Source: a virus (lineage: Duplodnaviria > Caudoviricetes). From it: 56,926 bases of DNA. Below, in pieces: positions 1-9,116 of this stretch (position 1 is its first letter; each line of letters starts with the position of its first letter). Under the pieces are notes generated by a model. That model was not told the DNA's origin. It did no database searches and was given only the letters and a program-made list of their open reading frames with translations. The DNA lies in IMG/VR virus record IMGVR_UViG_3300025120_000062, positions 1-56,926 of that record; one strand, 5' to 3'. The position numbers and the translations under genes are program-made.

Positions 1-2
1 TC

Positions 3-272
3 ACTACCAAAAAGTGTTTTATTATTTTCAGCTGCTTTTGCAGCTTTTAAAACTTCAAGAGAACCTATGCCATCTTTTTGTCTCGCTTCATCTACAGCTT
101 TTTGTATTAAACTTTCTTTACTTTGATCAAAACCACCTGCAACCGTAGCAGGAGCTCTTCTTAAATCTTTTTCTGTTTTCTTTTTTTGAAAACTTTTAGC
201 TGTTTTAAGAGACTTATCTCTATTTCTCATTTTTTCAGCGCGTGCTGCAATTCTTTCCATCATAGTTGCCAT
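3..272 (-). CDS. hypothetical protein, runs off the left edge (probable virion/ejection-region protein)
   Basis: ATG at 272 overlaps the TAA of the upstream gene; reads MATMMERIAARAEKMRNRDK... with no stop before the window edge. Confidence 0.7.
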   Translation of the reverse strand, partial: MATMMERIAARAEKMRNRDKSLKTAKSFQKKKTEKDLRRAPATVAGGFDQSKESLIQKAVDEARQKDGIGSLEVLKAAKAAENNKTLFGS

Positions 273-3200
273 TAGGGTCTCCTTCTTCCTGCTAAGTTCA
301 TAATTCCATCTCTATATATAGCACCACCACGTTTAGCTGTAGCAATGGCTCCGTAAATATTTCCACCTGCTAAAGCCGCACGCTGTTGTGGGTTTAACTG
401 ACCTCGTTGTGATCCACCCAAAGGTCTAAAAGGAGATGACATATTACTTGCCATAGGTTTAGTTTTAATTTCACCTGATACATTGTTTGATTGATTATTA
501 CTTCTAGGAAAATTAGGTGCATATGTTTTTGGAGGTACAATTTGTTTATTATCCGGTGCCCCTGGTGCAGGAGCTATTTTTTCTTCAACAGGCATTGTAG
601 GCTCTGACCCTACATTTTGATTCTTGAATAAATATCGTAATACTTCTTCAGGATCTTCAAAATCTATACCTTCTAATTCAGGGTCTAGTGATTCATCACT
701 AAATATCACTCGAGATAACTTAATCCAATTAGATCTTCTTACTTTCTGATCAAGTGTGTCGTCCATTACCTTTACCATCCAGTTTAAATTCTCAGGACTA
801 GATAAAATTTTAGAATTTTTTTTAGCAAGTAGGGCTATGGCTAATCCTCCTAAGGGACCTATGCCTGTACTTGTTGCAAGAAATGCTCCACCTATTCCAG
901 AAAAACCTGCAAGAGCGGCACGACGAGCAACGAAAGAAGATGTATCTGCTAATTTAGTTGCAAAACCTACTTCAGCAATCCTAAGTAAATCATTTAAATT
1001 TCTAACAGCAGCTTCACCGCCCTCTTTAGATAGTTTTTTACCATTAGCTGCCATGGTTTGTGCCCATATTTCTTTCATAAATTCTGTGCCATTAAGAGAA
1101 TTTAAACCTAATTTAGCTCTAAATTTAGTTGGATCAAATACATTTACTGTAATATATTCTGGATTAAAACCACTTTGTGCAGAATCTATTGCATAATCTA
1201 AAGAACTTTCAAGACCAATCTTTGAGTTAATGTCTTGTCTACCTTGTAAAACAGCACCCGTTTTTGGATTGTAAGCCACAGGAACAGAAGAAGAGTCGTA
1301 TATTTCACTTAAATATGCTCGAGTTTGTACATTAATAGGATCAAGTTCAGGATTTTTGTAATTTCTAGTTACAATTTTTGATAAATCTTTCAAAGCTTCT
1401 CTACTTGGATTACCACTTTTAAAAGTATCAAAAATATATTTAGACAATTGATCTGAATACATAAAACCTGATTTAGGTAAAGCACCTGCTATAAACATAT
1501 TTTGATCAACTAATTCAAATGCTTTTGCTAGAGGTGTTGTGTAATTATTTGCTCCAAAACCAAAAACTTCGTTTGCCCTTAATAAAGAAGTTTTAACAAA
1601 TTTCATTTGTTGTTCTAATGCTGGATCAGGTAATCCACCTTGACCAACAGGAAGTCTCCATTCTTTAATATCATTCAAACCTTCTTCTAATGCATTTTTA
1701 AAATATCTTGCTTGACTTGCTAAATCATCTCCTTCTTTAACTCCAAATTTTGTTGCATATTCAGCCCATTTTTGATTAAATTGTTTTTGTAAACCTCTAA
1801 ATTGCACTGCTCCAATAAAATCCTCTGTTCTTCCTAAGTCCAATAAAAAAATTTCAAAATCAGTTAAGTTTTTGCCACCACCGATTGTATCTGCACCTGC
1901 TCTACCTTCAGGGTATCCTCTAAGAGGCACTGTACTTGCTTTTATTTGTTCTTCATACGCTTGAGCTAAAGTCTTTATTCTGTAAGTTGGTATGTATCCA
2001 CTAGGCACAGCAGAATCCATTGCCATCGCTTTTTTAAAAAAATCATCATACATTTTAGCCGATACTCTTTCAAAAATTTTAAATTTTTCTTTAGCTTTTT
2101 CTGTTATTAACATTCCTGCATCCATAGCATGAGACATAGGAGCTAACTCATTTAATGTTTCTTGAACACGTTTGTCAGTGTAATACTGTATTTGTGCTCT
2201 ACTTGCACGAATGTCTGTACCAATAAAAGGAAAAACACCTGCTACTTTAGGCCAAGCTTTAACCCAATTAAGAAAACCTCCATCTGAAACATCTTTAATT
2301 CCAAAAGGTATGTTTTGATCTAATGATAATTTTGCTAAGTCTTCAGCATTACTACCAGCTTTAATTCCATAAAAAGCTCTAATACCCTTTTTTCCTGCTT
2401 CAAATAAAGGATATAAACCTGCCGCTCCACCTGTAAACAAGGCAGCATTTCTAGCGTGAATAGCATTGACTACTTTTGGATCTGTTGAAAGTTCAGGATC
2501 TTCAATACCTTCTAGTTCTCTGTATATGGCATTTAATCCATCGTAAGCTGTTGCTGCAGAATAAGCTCCTACACCAGAAAAAGCTGATGCTTCTGCTACC
2601 ATAGTTTTTTTCTTTTTTGGATCTATTGCACTTGCTAAAAGTTTTTTATGACTTGCAAAAAGTAAAGGAAAGGTGGAAATAACATCTCCGAATATACTTA
2701 CATTTTTTTTGTTAATATCAGGAATATATCTCATTGCTGTATTTGATAAACCCATAAAACTGTCATCAAAATAATCTAAAACTTCACTTTCATTTCCTGG
2801 AAACATTTTATCAAAAGGGCCTTGTGGACCGTCTTGTCTTTCACCACTTCTATTCATGCCAAATATTGACTGCCAATTTCTTTTATCATTGTCAAGTTTT
2901 CCTCGCCAAGCTTTATTCTTTGCTTGTATAGGATCTGAAGCATACAGTCTATCCATCTCTGTCATTTTTTGTGCTGCACGTATAGCAGCTCCTGCTTGTA
3001 TTTGTTCCTCAGATAATTGATTGTAAGGAACGTTAGTCAAACCTACAGATTCTCTAATTGCATTTACATTATCAAGAACTAATTTTTTATCAGCTTCGTA
3101 CTTTTCAGCTTTTGTCATTTTATCAGTAAATTGTTCATTATTGAAAGAGAACTCTTTGTTTAAAAAATTTTCTTTATCTTCTACAGTAAACCTAATATCA

Positions 3201-3304
3201 TTACTACCAAACATATCCGTAAGTGTTGTAGCATCTAGACCCCATGTATCTTCAAGATTTAATGTTGGATATTTTTCTTTAAAACTAAATATTTCTTCAG
3301 CCAT
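272..3304 (-). CDS. large internal virion (DNA ejection-type) protein
   Basis: 1010 aa; Gly/Ala-rich hydrophobic segments; at the distal end of the structural operon; C-terminal AKRGG...DGIMNL motif. Confidence 0.6.
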   Translation of the reverse strand: MAEEIFSFKEKYPTLNLEDTWGLDATTLTDMFGSNDIRFTVEDKENFLNKEFSFNNEQFTDKMTKAEKYEADKKLVLDNVNAIRESVGLTNVPYNQLSEEQIQAGAAIRAAQKMTEMDRLYASDPIQAKNKAWRGKLDNDKRNWQSIFGMNRSGERQDGPQGPFDKMFPGNESEVLDYFDDSFMGLSNTAMRYIPDINKKNVSIFGDVISTFPLLFASHKKLLASAIDPKKKKTMVAEASAFSGVGAYSAATAYDGLNAIYRELEGIEDPELSTDPKVVNAIHARNAALFTGGAAGLYPLFEAGKKGIRAFYGIKAGSNAEDLAKLSLDQNIPFGIKDVSDGGFLNWVKAWPKVAGVFPFIGTDIRASRAQIQYYTDKRVQETLNELAPMSHAMDAGMLITEKAKEKFKIFERVSAKMYDDFFKKAMAMDSAVPSGYIPTYRIKTLAQAYEEQIKASTVPLRGYPEGRAGADTIGGGKNLTDFEIFLLDLGRTEDFIGAVQFRGLQKQFNQKWAEYATKFGVKEGDDLASQARYFKNALEEGLNDIKEWRLPVGQGGLPDPALEQQMKFVKTSLLRANEVFGFGANNYTTPLAKAFELVDQNMFIAGALPKSGFMYSDQLSKYIFDTFKSGNPSREALKDLSKIVTRNYKNPELDPINVQTRAYLSEIYDSSSVPVAYNPKTGAVLQGRQDINSKIGLESSLDYAIDSAQSGFNPEYITVNVFDPTKFRAKLGLNSLNGTEFMKEIWAQTMAANGKKLSKEGGEAAVRNLNDLLRIAEVGFATKLADTSSFVARRAALAGFSGIGGAFLATSTGIGPLGGLAIALLAKKNSKILSSPENLNWMVKVMDDTLDQKVRRSNWIKLSRVIFSDESLDPELEGIDFEDPEEVLRYLFKNQNVGSEPTMPVEEKIAPAPGAPDNKQIVPPKTYAPNFPRSNNQSNNVSGEIKTKPMASNMSSPFRPLGGSQRGQLNPQQRAALAGGNIYGAIATAKRGGAIYRDGIMNLAGRRRP

Positions 3305-3305
3305 A

Positions 3306-4118
3306 CTAATTACCCTTCTTTACATAACCAAATTGTGTTAATTTATAATCATCATAATCAGGATGATGAGAAGCGTCACCCCATACAACATCCATTGGAT
3401 CAAGCCAAATATAATCCACACCTTCTATTTCCCCTACTGCTTTACTATCTAGAGCTTTAAAACGAGGATTCCTAGGTTGTGTTTTTCTAAATCTATGTTC
3501 AAAAACATCAGGTTCTTTTTCATCTTTTGGTCTTTCAATATATTTTTTATAAGGCATATGATCTTTCATAAGCTCTCTTACTTTTTTGTAATCAGGTAAA
3601 ACTTGCACAGCTTCTCCTTTATCATTGTAAGTAATTTTAGCTAAAGAACTTTCAATAGCACTTCTTCTTAACATTTCTCTTTCATCAATGGAATTAGGTA
3701 TATTACCTGTTCCAAGTGCATATTGAACACCTTCAACAACGGCTGCTGCTATTCCTGCATATGTTCCAAGTCTTCCTACTTTACCAATAGTTTTTAAATT
3801 TTTATATGGAGTTGAAGGCTTTTTAAATGTAACAGTGTCTTTAATTTTACCACCATATTTTTTATAATATTCATTAGGATAGTTGCTTTTTAACCAAGAT
3901 TTATATGCCGTGTTGCTTTTTTTTGTCCATGTAGATTTATAATCTTTTGGAATAGATTCAGTTTGAAGAACATCTTTTTTTATAGCCGAACCTAAATTTT
4001 TAGTTTTCTTTATTATAGAATCACCTTTTGGAGGAATATAATTTTTTTTATTATAAGTTTCATAATTGGGAAACGGTTTACCAGGTTCCGCTAAAAAATA
4101 AGGTCTAAACTTGCTCAT
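3306..4118 (-). CDS. hypothetical protein (possible internal virion protein)
   Basis: 270 aa ORF coupled to neighbours; Lys-rich N-terminal half and one hydrophobic helix. Confidence 0.6.
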   Translation of the reverse strand: MSKFRPYFLAEPGKPFPNYETYNKKNYIPPKGDSIIKKTKNLGSAIKKDVLQTESIPKDYKSTWTKKSNTAYKSWLKSNYPNEYYKKYGGKIKDTVTFKKPSTPYKNLKTIGKVGRLGTYAGIAAAVVEGVQYALGTGNIPNSIDEREMLRRSAIESSLAKITYNDKGEAVQVLPDYKKVRELMKDHMPYKKYIERPKDEKEPDVFEHRFRKTQPRNPRFKALDSKAVGEIEGVDYIWLDPMDVVWGDASHHPDYDDYKLTQFGYVKKGN

Positions 4119-6121
4119 TTAGGTGCCTCATCAGGAGTTGTCCAATCTGTTATTTGTTTTTTATCTGAGTCCCAAACAACACTAGCATCAAAGGGAGCTG
4201 TAGTAGATATATCTTGATACTCTGGACTGTCTAAGTATGTACCTTTATTGTTTCTGTACAATGATTTTAAGTCTCTATTAGCACTTGCTAATTCTCTTCT
4301 TACCTGTAATAAACCTGCAATAACTGATTTAGAGTCAACAGCACCTGTAACTTTTAAACTTTCATAAGCTCTTTTAATATCATCTAAGTTAAGACGACCC
4401 GATGATTTACGAGAACGAGCCACTGCGTAAGCTATGGCATTAATACGTACTCTATTTTGTGCAAGTTCAGGTTTAAACTCACCCCAAAATGTTTGAGATG
4501 TCGCACTATTTGGATCAAATAATTTATCAATATCAAAAGTATTTAAGTCTGTGTCACTTATATTAATTTGACCATCAGGTATTGCTCTTTCTACTTGATT
4601 TTTAACTTCATCTAAAAGAGCTAACGCTCCCTCTTCATCAGCGGCAATAACATCTATTAACATACCAACACTTCTTTGTTTTAGATCTTGTAGAAATCCT
4701 GGGAAACCTGTTAATGTTTGATCCTTTAATAAAGTGGTAATAACATTATCAATACTTTGCATGTTTCTGTCGTAAAGAAGAATACCACTTAGTTGTTCGT
4801 TTAATTTTGCCGCAGGATACACATCTTCAGATGTTGTAGTCACATCTGCTCCTACAATCAAATCAGTAATTGCTGTTCCAATAGGTATCCATTCAGGATG
4901 ACCATTTTCTTGCAAAATTGGTTTACCGTCTGCTGTTAAATTAGGAATTAAATAATCCCCTCCTTTTAATCTTTTAACTTGTGTCCTTATAGATTTACCT
5001 GTTACAGGATGTGTGTACATTCCATTTTCTACGTCTTCAACTAATGTTGTTTCAGGTTGTATAGGTTTGTACAAATTTGTATCTAAGGGAACATTTTTAG
5101 ATACAAATTCTAAACTACCTGTTTGTTGATTTACCGCCTGTAAATATTCAGTATTTTCAATAGGTGTATGTTGATTTGGATCTAAATCAGACTCTCTTAC
5201 AAAAGTAGCTTTACCTGTATAAGAATCAAAAACTTTTTTCCAAGAATTATCTGCAACTGTTTTTTCATTTGAAAATCTGTCAGGAGATTGATCATTTAAT
5301 TTTGCAAAATCTTCATAGCTAGTAAAAACACGATTATCTCCAAATATTTTGTCATACATAACAAAAGGTTTATCGGGATCAACTACTTTACTAAATAGTC
5401 TTTCTTCTTCAGGTTTTGCCATATCAGCTAACAGAGTTTTTAAATCTACCTCTGTATTTAATCCTGTAACTTTATTTTTAACAAATTGAATTTTAGACTT
5501 TAAGTCTAATTCATTTGCATTATTTTGTTTTGCTATTTCTTGAAAAAACCCTAAATTAGAAAACATTGCTTGACTTATAACATTAGCTCTAGCCATTGCA
5601 TCTTTTTGTGATTCATTCAAAGCATAAGATGCTCTTTGTGTTTTAACTTGAGATTCTGCTTGTGCAAGTTTAGCTTCTTGTCCTCTTGTTTCACGACGCA
5701 TTGCAGATATTTCAGGAACTGTTTGTTGAGCGGCAGTTGCAAATATATCAAGTGCCTTACCTCTTCCTGTTACTAGTCGAGAACCAAAATTAATTAAACT
5801 AGCTGCAAGGTCTTCTTTTTTTTGCTGTTGAATTAAATCTCTTTGACCACCTAAGTCATCAGGAAATAAAGTCACAGCTTGTTTTTCATAAGTTTCTTTA
5901 GATTTAACAGGAAATAAATCATCTGCAAATCCTTGAGCAATCGGTCTAAAATCACTCATACCTTGCATGATACCTTGAAGTTGATTTGTTATTGAAGAAT
6001 TTTTTTCTGTTTGAGGCATGCTACTTATTAATTCACCTGACTCATGATCAATAGATGGATTACCACCATGCTTTAATCTAACCACTCCACCTCTAAATAA
6101 TTTGCGATCTAATACACTCAT
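4115..6121 (-). CDS. internal virion/ejection-type protein
   Basis: 668 aa; N-terminal FRGG/KHGG motifs, coiled-coil, short beta-repeats (xDxxTGxxxFV); C-terminal SGRLNLDDIKR. Confidence 0.6.
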   Translation of the reverse strand: MSVLDRKLFRGGVVRLKHGGNPSIDHESGELISSMPQTEKNSSITNQLQGIMQGMSDFRPIAQGFADDLFPVKSKETYEKQAVTLFPDDLGGQRDLIQQQKKEDLAASLINFGSRLVTGRGKALDIFATAAQQTVPEISAMRRETRGQEAKLAQAESQVKTQRASYALNESQKDAMARANVISQAMFSNLGFFQEIAKQNNANELDLKSKIQFVKNKVTGLNTEVDLKTLLADMAKPEEERLFSKVVDPDKPFVMYDKIFGDNRVFTSYEDFAKLNDQSPDRFSNEKTVADNSWKKVFDSYTGKATFVRESDLDPNQHTPIENTEYLQAVNQQTGSLEFVSKNVPLDTNLYKPIQPETTLVEDVENGMYTHPVTGKSIRTQVKRLKGGDYLIPNLTADGKPILQENGHPEWIPIGTAITDLIVGADVTTTSEDVYPAAKLNEQLSGILLYDRNMQSIDNVITTLLKDQTLTGFPGFLQDLKQRSVGMLIDVIAADEEGALALLDEVKNQVERAIPDGQINISDTDLNTFDIDKLFDPNSATSQTFWGEFKPELAQNRVRINAIAYAVARSRKSSGRLNLDDIKRAYESLKVTGAVDSKSVIAGLLQVRRELASANRDLKSLYRNNKGTYLDSPEYQDISTTAPFDASVVWDSDKKQITDWTTPDEAPK

Positions 6122-7095
6122 TATTGCCCTATTAGTGCATTGGCTCCTTGAGTATTAAAACCTTTGTATGCTCCGAGGCCCATGATCCCTAATCCTGCAA
6201 CCTGTAGGAATGGGTTAGTAGATGGTTGTTGCTGTACCTGCATTTGTGAAGCAGGGGTACCAGTTAAAATACCAGAAGCAAATGACAATCTTTGGAAAGG
6301 CTCTTGATTTTGTAATAGTTGTGTTTGCCTCATAGCTTCTAATGAATTTTGTTGTTGAGATTGTCCCAATGCTCCTGATGTTAATAAGTTCGTAACATCT
6401 TGACCATATAAATTTTGACCAAGCTGACCAAGACCTGCTTGTTGTCCACCTAATTGACCTAGCATTTGACCAGCATTAGCTTGTCTGCCTTGTTGTGCTT
6501 CAAATGATTGTTGAGCTGTTTGTTGTGCTTGTTGAAAATTTCTAGACAAGTCTTCAAATATTCTTTTAGATTTAATATCTGATAAATTTCTACCCATTTC
6601 AGCATTTTGAATACCTGCACGCTCACTTCCAAAAGCACCTGCACTAACTTGTTGTGCATTCATACCTTGTTGTTGTAATATACCTTGTCTATCTAATTCT
6701 GCTAAAGCATTTTGAGTTACATTCTGTTGATAAGGATCCATGTAAGATTGTATGCCTTCTGCAGTTGGGGCAAACATACCTTGAGATCCTGCTATACTTG
6801 AAATACCTTGATCAATTGTTCCTGAAGCTTGATTTAAAAAAGGTTGATATTGACCAATTCCTTGACTAGCCATTGACATGGCTTGTTGTTGCTGAGGATT
6901 AAGTCCTGCAATTTGAAAAGCAGGAATATTTTGAGCTACTGCAGCTCTACCTAGTTTTCTTACTTGAAAATCTTCGTTAGATTCACCTGTTTGTTGAACA
7001 GCATTAGGATCACCAAAGGTAGCTCCCAATAATTGTTTGCCTCTTTCTTCAATATAAGGAGCGAGTCTATTATAGGTAACTATTTCTTCAGCCAT
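6121..7095 (-). CDS. Gln/Gly-rich DNA transfer/ejection (pilot-like) protein
   Basis: 324 aa; Q/G/A-rich; YMDPYQQNV and GAFGSER motifs typical of podovirus ejection proteins; C-terminal hydrophobic helix. Confidence 0.65.
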   Translation of the reverse strand: MAEEIVTYNRLAPYIEERGKQLLGATFGDPNAVQQTGESNEDFQVRKLGRAAVAQNIPAFQIAGLNPQQQQAMSMASQGIGQYQPFLNQASGTIDQGISSIAGSQGMFAPTAEGIQSYMDPYQQNVTQNALAELDRQGILQQQGMNAQQVSAGAFGSERAGIQNAEMGRNLSDIKSKRIFEDLSRNFQQAQQTAQQSFEAQQGRQANAGQMLGQLGGQQAGLGQLGQNLYGQDVTNLLTSGALGQSQQQNSLEAMRQTQLLQNQEPFQRLSFASGILTGTPASQMQVQQQPSTNPFLQVAGLGIMGLGAYKGFNTQGANALIGQ

Positions 7096-8306
7096 TATGC
7101 TACTCCCATTCCTGTTGATGAATCAGGGTCTAATCTGTTCATTAAATTATACATGGCTTGTGGCCCTCCTGCGTTTTCTACAGCTCTAGCTGTCATTACA
7201 AACTCTCCATCACTTAACATTGCAGGTACTAAATCATCCTTAGGTCCACCTGGTCCTGATATCTGACCATTCATTCTTGGAAACTCATCTAGGCTTGACA
7301 GACCTCCGTCCGCATAAGCATCTTCGTAATAAATTTCATTTGGATCTCTCATCATGCCTCCACTTGCAGAACGTTGTATTGTTGCTCCTTGAAACATAAA
7401 AGGATTCTTTGGTGATACTTCATAAAAACTACCATCTAATTTTGAATCTTCGTCTTTATCTCTGTCAAAATAGTTAGCTGCAGCACCAAGAGCCATTGGA
7501 CCAAACACAGAAGCTAATCCTCCTGCTGTTGTTTCAAAGAAAGGTTTCTTTTCTGGTATTATTGGAGCAGCAAATCGTTTTTGAAAAAAGTCAAATGCTT
7601 CCCTTTGATCTTGTGTTTTGATCTCTGAAATATCTTTAACACCTACAGCATCTAAAGTTTTACTTAGAGCAGTATCAGTTGCATTTTGATTAGCCCTATC
7701 AAGGTAATTCTGTTTATATGTTGAAGTTCCACCTAAATTATCTTTTATTTGACCAAACATGCTTTGATTTACAGAACGATCTTTTGCAAGAGCGTATGGA
7801 TTAGGATTTTTATTTAATAAATCTTGAAATGGCAATTTTTTACCCAACTCACCTGTACCAAATGCTTTACCTACACCATAACCACCAAGACCACCTGCAA
7901 GAGCTGTTCCTGCTCCTTGACCCGCTAACAGTGGTGCACCTGCACCAATCAGAGCTGATGCCGCTGGGCCAAGGCCCATGATTCCTGCGATAGTACCTGC
8001 GTAAGGTGCTATTTTTTTAAGTGCCTTCTTAGCACTTTTAAATATCTTTTTAAGAAAAAATTCAGGTTGTCCTGTAACAGGATTAATTGAGTTGAGTTCG
8101 TTACCTACAATGTAACGCTCTGGGTCAATGCCCATAGATAACATTTGATTAAAGAGTAAAGCTTTTAACCGAGGATTAGAATCTAATACATCCATTGGCA
8201 CAACTGTTTCGCCTTCAGCGACGTGTGCAATATAGGTATCTTCGTATCGTCCTAAGTCAGCAATTTTAGATACTTGCTCTTGAAAAACCCCAAGTCCTTG
8301 AGTCAT
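7095..8306 (-). CDS. internal virion protein with two related G..D..A....GE.V domains
   Basis: N-terminal GRYEDTYIAHVAEGETVVP...SINPVTGQPEF; Gly-rich membrane-like segment; C-terminal GPGGPKDDLVPAMLSDGEFVM. Confidence 0.65.
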   Translation of the reverse strand: MTQGLGVFQEQVSKIADLGRYEDTYIAHVAEGETVVPMDVLDSNPRLKALLFNQMLSMGIDPERYIVGNELNSINPVTGQPEFFLKKIFKSAKKALKKIAPYAGTIAGIMGLGPAASALIGAGAPLLAGQGAGTALAGGLGGYGVGKAFGTGELGKKLPFQDLLNKNPNPYALAKDRSVNQSMFGQIKDNLGGTSTYKQNYLDRANQNATDTALSKTLDAVGVKDISEIKTQDQREAFDFFQKRFAAPIIPEKKPFFETTAGGLASVFGPMALGAAANYFDRDKDEDSKLDGSFYEVSPKNPFMFQGATIQRSASGGMMRDPNEIYYEDAYADGGLSSLDEFPRMNGQISGPGGPKDDLVPAMLSDGEFVMTARAVENAGGPQAMYNLMNRLDPDSSTGMGVA

Positions 8307-8308
8307 AA

Positions 8309-8542
8309 TTAATTCGTTCCTCCAAATATATCAGGCAATTTATTGACCGAAATAGCAACATCTCTTTTTATATCAGATTCAGTTGTTTCGGTAGCAGGGT
8401 CATTGACATCTGATGTAGCTTCGTCTTCTGACTCGTACACCTTCCCTGTTGAGGCGTGTTTAATAGTTGTAGAACTTTCTACATCTATAACGTTAGGAAC
8501 CTTCTTCCCAGCGACCACGATTGTATCTTCATTTATACTCAT
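8309..8542 (-). CDS. hypothetical acidic protein
   Basis: 77 aa; AAGGAG RBS upstream. Confidence 0.65.
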   Translation of the reverse strand: MSINEDTIVVAGKKVPNVIDVESSTTIKHASTGKVYESEDEATSDVNDPATETTESDIKRDVAISVNKLPDIFGGTN

Positions 8543-8564
8543 TTATCACTCCTTTTGCAATACA

Positions 8565-8945
8565 TTATGTTATTTCTAGAACACTTACAATCACTGTTAA
8601 ATCACCACCATTTTGTGCCTGAGCTTTTAAAATCTCTGATTCTTTAAAAACTATAGGTGTAGGACTGCCTAGCGATGAATCAACAGATCCAAACCCTGCA
8701 TGAACTGCTCCTGTAGCTAAAATTTCTTGTGATTGTTTAGCTTTTACAGTTCTATCGGTTTCTAAGGGAAAACTAACACCATCAGAGTCAACTAAAAATA
8801 ACGATATATTACAGTTATTATTAACATCTTTGTTAGATATTCTAATAGATTTTAATATTGCAGTTGTAGCAGTGCCTACAGTATAAACTGTAGTCAACGC
8901 TGTTGTTGATAAATTAGCTTTATAATTAGTATATAAGTTTGCCAT
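8565..8945 (-). CDS. small beta-rich structural/tail protein (paralogue-like to 18468..18815)
   Basis: 126 aa; MAN... start, VYTV...TT motif and C-terminal SVLEIT shared with 18468..18815 (SVMEIT). Confidence 0.6.
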   Translation of the reverse strand: MANLYTNYKANLSTTALTTVYTVGTATTAILKSIRISNKDVNNNCNISLFLVDSDGVSFPLETDRTVKAKQSQEILATGAVHAGFGSVDSSLGSPTPIVFKESEILKAQAQNGGDLTVIVSVLEIT

Positions 8946-9116
8946 CTATCCTAAAAACCATGTTATCTGCTCATCTTCATCTCGTAATATTTCAGGTGTG
9001 TAACTGTTATTAAGTAGAAATATCATTTGATCAAGAGTTTGTATCATTGTATTCATTTGTGATTGACTATATTCTTGTGCAGCTTGAGGTAATCTAGGTA
9101 TTTGTATTTTTGCCAT
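8946..9116 (-). CDS. small hypothetical structural protein (56 aa)
   Basis: MAKIQIPRLPQAAQEYSQSQMNTMIQTLDQMIFLLNN...; fills the gap exactly, with TAATG coupling; below the ORF-track cutoff. Confidence 0.7.
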   Translation of the reverse strand: MAKIQIPRLPQAAQEYSQSQMNTMIQTLDQMIFLLNNSYTPEILRDEDEQITWFLG

